A stretch of 64,000 bases of DNA, from NCBI GenBank assembly GCA_963707345.1, contig CAVPPE010000002.1:1015028-1079027 (forward strand). The letters run 5' to 3'. Below, one piece after another: positions 56,844-64,000 of this stretch. The notes under the pieces are model-generated. The model saw only the letters and a list, made by a program, of their open reading frames with translations, was not told the DNA's origin and did not search any database. The DNA is from an uncultured Chloroflexia bacterium (GTDB taxonomy: Bacteria; Chloroflexota; Anaerolineae; Promineifilales; UBA4811). Made by a program: the position numbers and the translations under genes. Every line of letters starts with the position of its first letter. Positions within the stretch are counted from its first letter, which is position 1.

Positions 56844-58685
56844 TCACTGGCCTGGCTTGACGCTCTTGACGGGGTCCTGGAAGGCCCACAGCAGCCCCTC
56901 CTTGCCCCAGTAGGTGCCGCCGGGTTTGACCAAATAGTCCCGCAGCGAGTTGTCATCCAGCGAATGGCAGGTGTGGATATAGGCATAGTCCAGGTTGGGC
57001 CTGGTCGATCGCTGGGTAGCCGCCTGGTTAGCCTCTTGTTGGTTCATGCCCTGCGCCCGGTAGCGGCGTAGGAGATTACCGTGAATTGCGCTCCCGAGGC
57101 TGGCGGCATTCGAGGACTCGATCGTCGGCGTGCGAGCATGCCCAAAGTAGGCCAGCGCGCGGGTGGCGGGGTTGCCCAACGCCTCAGGGATTTCGTCGCC
57201 AGTTTTGATCTGGACAACTTGGATCTCGTAGCCTTGAGCCCGGTAAAACTCTTGGATCCGCTTCATCTTACCCGATATCCACCAACGTTCGTAGTTTGAG
57301 ACCCCGGGGGACACAGCAAACACGGCGACCTTGGGGCTGCAGCCAAAGGTATCCCGGCTGGGGCTCCAGATATCGCAGATTTTGCCGTCATAGCAAGGGC
57401 ACAGATCGGGGTTGGCGTAGCAGGTCATTCCGATCTCACAGGAGGTAGGTTTGGGCGTACCGCCCTCCGGGGTCGCGGCGGAGGGGACACAACTGCCTGT
57501 GTCGGCATTCATCTCCCACCCGGCCTTGCACTTGCACCCGTCGCCATCCGGTTCGGCGCCCACGGTGCACACACAGCCGGAGCCCGGCTCCCAGGTCATC
57601 AGGGGAGCATCGCAGCGACAGGCGCAGCTGTTGGGGGCGGACTCGGCCGGGTCGGACACCGCGCGGGGATCCAGCCCGCTGCAAACCTCATCGCAGGCAA
57701 CACAGTTGCCGTTGCGGTCGGGCTGCCAGCCGGTTTCGCACACACAGCCACAGCTATCGGCATTGCTGGCACCATCCCAAACCCAGTGGGGGCCAGTATT
57801 GCACTCAGCTTCGCACGGGTGCACCGCCGCATCCAGTTGTAGCTGGTGATCGCCGGGGCCAATCTGCCGGATGAAAGCCTCGTCCATCACCAGCGTAAAC
57901 ACGCGCCCGCTTTCGTCCAGCGTTCCGGCCGGCTGACTGTCCACTGTATGGGCCTGGATTGGGCCGGGCATCTCGATCCGATAGGTCATCACTGGCAAGC
58001 CGGCGGCCAACAGGATACGTTCCAGATACCAGGCCTCCACGCTCATCTGGGCCGACATCTCGTCACCCAGTTCCTCAAACAGCCCCATAAAGCCCATCAG
58101 GCCTCCCCCTCCTGGCACCGGCTCTTCGGCCGGGGGAACGGGCTCCGGCTTTGGCCCCAGGCCGTCCGAGCGCATCGTATCCAGGGTGGTCAGGGTCTCC
58201 TCGTCGGCCATTTCGGGCAGGTCCATTTCCAACACATAGTGAATCCACCCGTTCTCGTCGACGTACGAACTCACTGGGGATTCTTCGATGTCGGTTCCCG
58301 GTCCATAGCGCTGGGAGCCAGATGCCACCATCTCGGTTGCTGTCTCGGAGATGATCTTGTAATCAGGCCCCAACGCCCCCGAGAAATCCGGCTTTTCCTC
58401 CATGTCCTGTATCGACTCGGGGAATTGCATACCAGGTGGTTCGAGGTTGGCGGCCGCATAGTCGGCGTTTAGCTCCTGATTGGCCTGCCGTGCCGCCTGC
58501 ACGTATTCGTCGGTCAACCGGTAGGCAATGATCATTTCGAGCTTGCCAGAATCGGGTCCTTCCGGGATCACCTTGATGCCGTAATCTATCTCGATGCAAG
58601 CCAACTGAACGAGTAGCAAAAGGCAGATGACAAGGAGAATGCCCCCAGGTGCGCGCCAGATCGGGTTATGCGTGTGATTGCTCAT
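56844..58685 (-). CDS. Membrane-anchored protein with EGF-like Cys-rich repeats and a C-terminal domain bearing a His...Cys dyad
   Basis: N-terminal anchor GGILLVICLLLLVQLAC. Repeats CGCVCETGWQPDRNGNC / CVCTVGAEPDGDGCKCKAGWEMNADTGSC. C-terminal ALAYFGHA ... YAYIHTCHS. Confidence 0.65.
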   Translation of the reverse strand: MSNHTHNPIWRAPGGILLVICLLLLVQLACIEIDYGIKVIPEGPDSGKLEMIIAYRLTDEYVQAARQANQELNADYAAANLEPPGMQFPESIQDMEEKPDFSGALGPDYKIISETATEMVASGSQRYGPGTDIEESPVSSYVDENGWIHYVLEMDLPEMADEETLTTLDTMRSDGLGPKPEPVPPAEEPVPGGGGLMGFMGLFEELGDEMSAQMSVEAWYLERILLAAGLPVMTYRIEMPGPIQAHTVDSQPAGTLDESGRVFTLVMDEAFIRQIGPGDHQLQLDAAVHPCEAECNTGPHWVWDGASNADSCGCVCETGWQPDRNGNCVACDEVCSGLDPRAVSDPAESAPNSCACRCDAPLMTWEPGSGCVCTVGAEPDGDGCKCKAGWEMNADTGSCVPSAATPEGGTPKPTSCEIGMTCYANPDLCPCYDGKICDIWSPSRDTFGCSPKVAVFAVSPGVSNYERWWISGKMKRIQEFYRAQGYEIQVVQIKTGDEIPEALGNPATRALAYFGHARTPTIESSNAASLGSAIHGNLLRRYRAQGMNQQEANQAATQRSTRPNLDYAYIHTCHSLDDNSLRDYLVKPGGTYWGKEGLLWAFQDPVKSVKPGQ

Positions 58686-58868
58686 ACCAGCTCCTGAACG
58701 TATGCCAAAAGACGAGGTTGTTCACTCCGCTGAAGCGCGAGTATATCCGGGGTGTGTCATCTGTCAAGACAGTCACACTCAGTTTCCTGCTGACCCTCCA
58801 TCCCCCACGGCGGGGGAAATAAGGCATACGCTAGGCAGGCACCACTGATTCTTGGTTTCCTTGAGCCA

Positions 58869-59120
58869 GACTTTGAGAGCGGATGATAACAGGTAGTACA
58901 GGTCACAATTCAAGTATTGGGGGTACCCTCGCGGGCCCCCACCCCGGCCCCCCCTGTGCCGCCCCGGCCGGGGCGGCACGTCGTTTCCGCGCTGCGCGGC
59001 GCAGCCCGGCCGGGCGGGCATTGTGTCCACCGTAGCAAAAGGAGCTGCATGAATCCACGCGCCCACACAAACCGCCAGCGCACCGCTGGCAACCCCAATC
59101 GTGAGGCCGTTTACCATCGT
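58869..59120 (-). pseudogene. Decayed 3' fragment of a paralog of the 55736..56815 gene
   Basis: The minus strand reads ...LRWTQCPPGRAAPRSAET, compared with ...QRWVRADPPGRDARET* in the intact gene, followed by the shared downstream repeat. No intact ORF. Confidence 0.35.
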
Positions 59121-59379
59121 GGTGGGCAGCCTTTTTTGTTTCCCCCTAGTTCACACAAAGGAGTATACTGTGTCAACGTTTCAAACCCCCGAAGCCATCG
59201 TGCTCGATTTGATCTGGTGTTGTTATCTCGTTTCTTGACACAGGTGCCGCAAAATTCCCGATCTATCGAATGATGAGGGTCAAGTCAGCGGGAGGCGGTT
59301 CGCAGCCAGCCCCCCGTGCGTCAGGACGATGGGCGGCGAGTTTTGTCGGATCCAGGCAAATCAAAGACAGATCATGCTC

Positions 59380-59522
59380 GTAACTGTTCACAATTACCCC
59401 GTGAACCCGGAGAAATCGAGCCTTGTTGCCGTTCACAGCGCCTACGTCAGCCGTTTTGGCGCCCCTGAGATGGCCAAAATGGGCTGCGCCGCCGGTTTTT
59501 TACCCCAACTCTGAACAGTTAC
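59380..59522. mobile_element. 143-bp MITE with IS66-type termini (copy 1)
   Basis: gtaactgttca (59380-59390) and tgaacagttac (59512-59522) are identical to the IS66 terminal repeats. Perfect 8-bp target duplication tcatgctc (59372-59379, 59523-59530). The first 22 nt match the IS66 right end (gtaactgttcacaRttaccccg). Confidence 0.75.
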
Positions 59523-59826
59523 TCATGCTCTCCGATTTTGGCGTGGAGCACGAGTTCAATTCAATCCAGATGGCATATTACTGCACTAAACATCCCGGTA
59601 GATAGTCATCACCGCAGCACTTGGTCGTACATTGAACACGACCATCGCATCCTACCCGGCCGCGCGCGGTTCTGTTACCCATCCGCCACTGGCCTATCTC
59701 CCCACATCAAGGTTGTATCGGTATCGGATAATGGATTCATTAACCCTTCCGATACCAGCACCCAACAAGCCCTTTACCCGATGTGAGCCTGCCCTCCCTG
59801 CTCAAAGCCCCCTCGAAGGTGAATAG

Positions 59827-59985
59827 ATACCCCTGCGCCTGGCGGCCGAGGGCTCACCCTACAGCCAGGAATGCCTCAGCCTCCTGGCGCGCAACGGCCG
59901 GTTGGAAGCCATCAAGCGCAGCCGGGTCTGGCTCACGACCCACAAAGCGCTGGAAACGTACCTGCAATCTGTCGCTCAGCGCTGA
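59827..59985 (+). pseudogene. Remnant of a small excisionase/MerR-like HTH protein (no start codon; preceded by an in-frame TAG)
   Basis: Reads IPLRLAAEGSPYSQECLSLLARNGRLEAIKRSRVWLTTHKALETYLQSVAQR*. TAG at 59824-59826 lies in the same frame as ORF 59632... Confidence 0.3.
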
Positions 59986-60089
59986 GGAGCGGTGAGACGG
60001 CCGGAAAGTGCTGCTGTTCCCCAACCGGATCTCCCTACCGGTAGGGATGGGAACTTGCGATTATTCCACGACCTGTTGGATATAGGTTG

Positions 60090-63000
60090 CTAATGCCCGA
60101 GTTCAAGTGGCACCAGGCTGCGTTTCATCATCTGCAACGCACGCTCTGGGTCAATGTAACCGTACAGTCCGCCAACAATCGAAACCATGTAAGCCGCATC
60201 CATCAAAACCAGGCCGCGCGGCCGCAGAATCCAGCTTTCTTCTTCGTTGTAATGGGTTCCGGCCGCAATCAGGCGCAGGTCACGCCCAAAATCGCCCTCT
60301 TCCATGCATTTGTGGTAAATGGTGCCACCGATGAGCAAGGTGGTACAGGGTTGATTGAGAAAGTTGACCCCATATTGCAGAAAGTAGGTGTCTGTTTCCT
60401 TGACATAGCCCAGGTTGCGGCCGGTAGTGGCCGCCATGATTTCTTTGGCCAGGAACGAGCGTGCCGCGTTTTCCGGCTCGGATGTTGGCAGCGCGTGGGG
60501 GTTGGCCGAGAGCCAGTCTAGGTACCGACCTAGAGCGATGTCTAACCGGCCATCTAGCCGCCGCACAAAGCTGTCAAATTGATCGTCTGCCGGCCGAATG
60601 CCAGGATACTCTTCCAGTAGAAAGCGCTCCATATCTCGTTTCATCAGCCCGTTTTGAAACCGCTCCAACTCTTTGATGTTCTCCGCGTCGTAGGCCAGAC
60701 CATACTTTCCCTCGACGCGCCGGTAAGCCAATGGGGTATTGGGGGTTTTGAGGATAGTTCGCTTGACCTTACGCACGGGATCGTCGCCCTGATAGTCGTA
60801 GAGGGGATTATCGCCCACATTGGAGTAAAAGTCGGTTGTTGCCCCGCCAATGTCAAGTGCCATGATATTCCCGAAGTCCTGGCTCGTTGCCGTACCCTTT
60901 GGCCAGCAGATTGATGCCTCGGAACGCGGCGCGCGGGGTCGGGATGAATGGAGCGGTCATATACTCTTCAACAACGTCAAAGCCCTTGGCGCGAATGATG
61001 ATCGTCTGAAAGAGGTCCCGAATGGCCTCATTAACGACCTCGATGTGGAACGTGTTGATCTCCGGCATCACGTTGGGGGTAAGGCGAATATCGACTCCCT
61101 CGGCCTGGAAAATCCGTTCAACCTCGTCGCGGATGTCTTGGTTGCCCGCGTAGATGACGGGCACGCCATAGCGAGTGTAGGTCGCTGCCCTGGCGTGCTT
61201 GGCCAGCATACGGGCGTTATGGAGTTGGGTCTGGGTGTCCCCGCCCCGATCCACCCCGCCGGCTTGCAGGATGATCTCGGGCTGATCCTGCTCGTAGATT
61301 GCCTGTGCCTGCTCCTCGGTGAGCATGCCGGCGTAGGTGTTAACCAGTTTGGCTCCGGCCGTCAGGGCCGCCAGTTCGGCCGCAAAACCGCTCTCCTCCT
61401 TGACCATAGAAACCGTCACCATCTTGAGCCCGCCTTTGGCGCTGGAACAGGGCAACTTGAGGTCGAATTGGGCCATCGCTTCTGCCAACGGTTCCCAGTC
61501 GCCGCGTCGACGGCATGCATCCAGCACACCCAATCCGTCAGCCAGCGACTCCCTCAGATCATCGACAATGGTGGGTACGTAGCGCAAGTCGAATTCTTGG
61601 GTCGCGGTGTCAAAGGTGCCAATCTTGGAAAAGGTGCTGCCAAAATCCACCACCAGCACACGCTTATTGTCCAAATCGGCCGTGCTGTGGATACCCACCT
61701 GCCGGCGGGCTTCAGCCAGCACATCTTCGTCCACTGCCTCTGCCGTTTCAGTGATGTACAGGTCCTCGTCTGCGTGGCTGATGCTCTTGTCAAAGAACCA
61801 GGGACTCCTTGCACGAACCCGGTCCACCCGGTCAATCTCGTCCTCAACCTTTTCGCCCAGAAATTCGTCGATCAGGCATCCCCCATCCATGATTTTGGTG
61901 CGGCACTTCCCCACCGGTTCATAGCGCTTGTCCAGCACCGTGATCTGAGGAGCCTGAAACAGCCCAACCTGAAGCGCCAGGTCCAGCGTATCGGCGCTAA
62001 TCACGCCGCATTGACCAGTTGGATAGTTGGCCTCGTCGACAAAACTGAGCAACATGGTTTCATAGTTACGTTCCCATTCGCGAGGATGGTCCCGCTTGCG
62101 TGCCGCCTCGGGCGAGACAGCCCACTCGAAAAAGTTGTCCAGGTTGACCGGTCCTTCGTAGCCGCCCAAAAGCGCCAGATGAAAGATATTGTACATTGCC
62201 CCGCGCTGAAGCCTGCGTTTGCGGCCGAGCAGCCGCGGGTCCGCCCAAATATTGGGGCGCTCATCTCGATAGTAATCTTCAAAGACCTGCTTGACGATGT
62301 CACAGCTTTCGATGACATCCTCGGCCTTGGCTTCGTGATGTGCCTCGGAAAAGCTGACCACATGGACAATGTCTGGCTCCATATACATCTGCCAATAGGT
62401 GGAGACAGCCAGGTGCCCTTTGGCTTTGTCGAGGTTGGGCGGAAAGTCGGAGAGACCGCCACGAGTTTCCTTGATGATGCGGTAATCAAAGTGGCGGGTC
62501 AACGGCTCGATCAACTCGTAAGCCGCCTGGAACTTGGCCAGGTCGTTCATCCCCGAAGTTCCCGGTGGCAAGTCGAACATCATCTGCATCACGTATTGGC
62601 GGATTCCAGTTTTGAGTGCCACGATGCCGCATACAACGTGGTCCGCCACCAGTAGATCGTCCGTGCTGTTGCGCAACTGCCATTGGTGCGGATCGTTGAT
62701 CTCGACCGGCTTGTCGATAGAGGCCCACCAGCGCATCACCTCAAAATGCTCGTCAAAGCTGTCGCGGATTGAGATGGGGCCGCGGCCGTCCAGCTCGTTG
62801 TAGTAAAAGATCGGCACGGCCGGGAACGGCATGCGAAATGCTCCTTCATAGAGTTTGGCCAGTTCAACCAATTCGTCGGTCCCTGAGTAGATGCGGGTCA
62901 TTGGGTAGTTGCCGCATCGAGTTGCATCTTTCAGCCGCTGCAAATCCTCAATAGAACGGATAGGGGCGCCGCCCTGCCCCCTCAGGTACTTGTCCGGATC

Positions 63001-63771
63001 CTCTTCGCCGCGCACAAACTTGGCCAGGTATTCCTGCGCTGGCTGATCCGGCGCCAACGAGACGATCTCCAGGCATTCGGCTTCCGCCAATTTGGTGACG
63101 GCTACTATGGTTGGCTCGATAGAGTCGGCCGCAATGCCGATGTGGGCCCGAATGATCGGCCGCCCCTCCAACTCGCGCACCTGGACAATGCGATCCACTA
63201 GTGTATCCGCCCACTCGATTGCTTTCGTTTCAGTCACAACAGTGGTGGCTTGAGCAAACGCCTCAAGCTCCTCCATCGTGATATAGTCATCCACCACAAG
63301 ATCAAAGAAGCCCTGAAAAGCCTCAATATCGCTATAGTTTTCGGCAATCTCATCCAGATCAAAATGCCGATCCTCAGGCGAGGTGAACTTGTCCTCCTGG
63401 ACCGCCAAGCCGGTCATCGCACGGACCAGGTTGGCGGCCGGCCGCAGTCCACCAAAAGCGTAACGAATGCCGCTCTCACGCGGCAGAAGATGATACAGAG
63501 CCGCATTTTGAATAAACTCGCTGATGAGCTTGTCGACATGCAAATCACCCAGGCGCATCGAGATGGCAACAATCTCCGGCCGGGACTCGCGAATCTTGTT
63601 GATCACATCCTCAATGGGCACGGCCGGGCCCAGCTTGACGGCCATGAAACCCTCTTGTCGGTCCTCCATCCACTCGGCAAATGACTCGACGCCCAGAGAA
63701 TGGACGCAGTCGCCAATTGAGCCAGCCATTACGCGCCGTTTGATGGTTGATTTTTCCGCTTTGGTACCCAT
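60090..63771 (-). CDS. Fused B12-dependent mutase-like protein: GlmS-like B12-binding domain + GlmE-like barrel + GlmL/MutL-like ASKHA module; one frame break near 60865-60890
   Basis: ATG 63771 with AGGAGG upstream. N-terminal VMAGSIGDCVHSLG...EIVAISMRLG. Middle GGLSDFPPNLDKAKG...VVSFSEAHHEAKAEDV resembles the GlmE block GGFPQDESKAFG...VKTPHEAIGIPT. C-terminal VLVVDFGSTFSK ... (frame change) ... ALDIGGATTDF is GlmL-like. Confidence 0.65.
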
Positions 63772-63904
63772 GGAATCTCCTCCTAAATGGTGATGATTAC
63801 CTCGATTTGATTGACCCATTTCGTATCCAACGCAAATTGAACAAGCTCTGCCACGCTTTTCAGTCCATAGCTCTGCGGGACACGGGCCTCGCACTGGTCC
63901 CGGC

Positions 63905-64000
63905 CTAAATAATCCTTGCTGATCCTCTACCAGCCCAGGCAATGATCGTATCCATCATGGGAGTTTGCACCCCCGCCATCTCACCGACCGCCCGGCCGAC
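63905..64000 (-). CDS. 3' end of an upstream gene (partial); the C-terminus resembles the ketopantoate-reductase/opine-dehydrogenase family
   Basis: The minus strand from nt 64000 reads VGRAVGEMAGVQTPMMDTIIAWAGRGSARII*, with TAG at 63907-63905. Too short for a firm call. Confidence 0.3.
   Translation of the reverse strand, partial: VGRAVGEMAGVQTPMMDTIIAWAGRGSARII

Noticed and set aside
17480-59826. Possible stop-codon reassignment or programmed read-through, suggested by four in-frame stops (TAG 17480, TGA 36137, TAA 55099, TAG 59824).
   Set aside because: All three stop codons also terminate well-defined genes here: TAG ends recA, the EamA gene, ABC exporter 2 and the phosphoesterase; TGA ends the kinase and the PD40 gene; TAA ends tnpA. 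No SECIS-like or Pyl context was recognised. Nonsense mutations or base-call errors are simpler explanations.
63772-63904. Cobalamin riboswitch upstream of the B12-mutase-like fusion.
   Set aside because: The 133-nt intergenic leader shows no B12-box-like sequence or the conserved GGGAA / GGTG..AATCC elements that I could recognise. It is also short for this riboswitch class.
1-64000. CRISPR arrays, tRNA, rRNA or tmRNA genes.
   Set aside because: I found no regularly spaced direct repeats with unique spacers. The recurring hairpins are dispersed single copies. I saw no T-loop (GGTTCGAATCC-like) or rRNA-like conserved stretches in the intergenic regions.

Overview
GC-rich (roughly 60-65% by eye) bacterial chromosomal window with about 45 protein genes on both strands. 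The gene content suggests a Chloroflexota-like organism, but I cannot verify that. Confident calls: recA, typA/bipA, a DEAD-box helicase, a multi-GAF histidine kinase with an OmpR-type regulator, a LarA homolog, an M23 peptidase, a PD40 beta-propeller protein, ABC transporters, an M19 dipeptidase, and a SufR-like regulator with an IscA-type carrier and a B12-binding radical SAM enzyme. Accessory content: a 2003-aa secreted protein diverging from a BTAD/NB-ARC/TPR (SARP-like) regulator; a metallophosphoesterase paired with a papain-like-fold protein; tandem Cys-rich membrane proteins; an FHA/zinc-ribbon membrane protein; and a very large GlmS/GlmE/GlmL-like B12 mutase fusion. Mobile DNA: one single-ORF IS66-family copy with an 8-bp target duplication and two MITEs sharing its termini, one IS630 copy with an A8 slippery site, and one IS200/IS605 tnpA-tnpB element. 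Window-wide observations: (1) the palindrome CGGCCG is far more frequent than base composition predicts in native DNA and nearly absent from the IS copies; (2) at least 11 single-nucleotide frame breaks and 4 in-frame stops interrupt otherwise conserved genes, including typA. This pattern points more to assembly indel errors than to real pseudogenes. I found no rRNA, tRNA or CRISPR array. I could not identify one clearly novel system. The best candidates are the regulator/phased-repeat/giant-gene module (44.6-54.4 kb), the 29.2-31.8 kb two-gene cassette, and the fused B12 mutase (60.1-63.8 kb). All domain calls come from motif recognition by eye, not from database searches.
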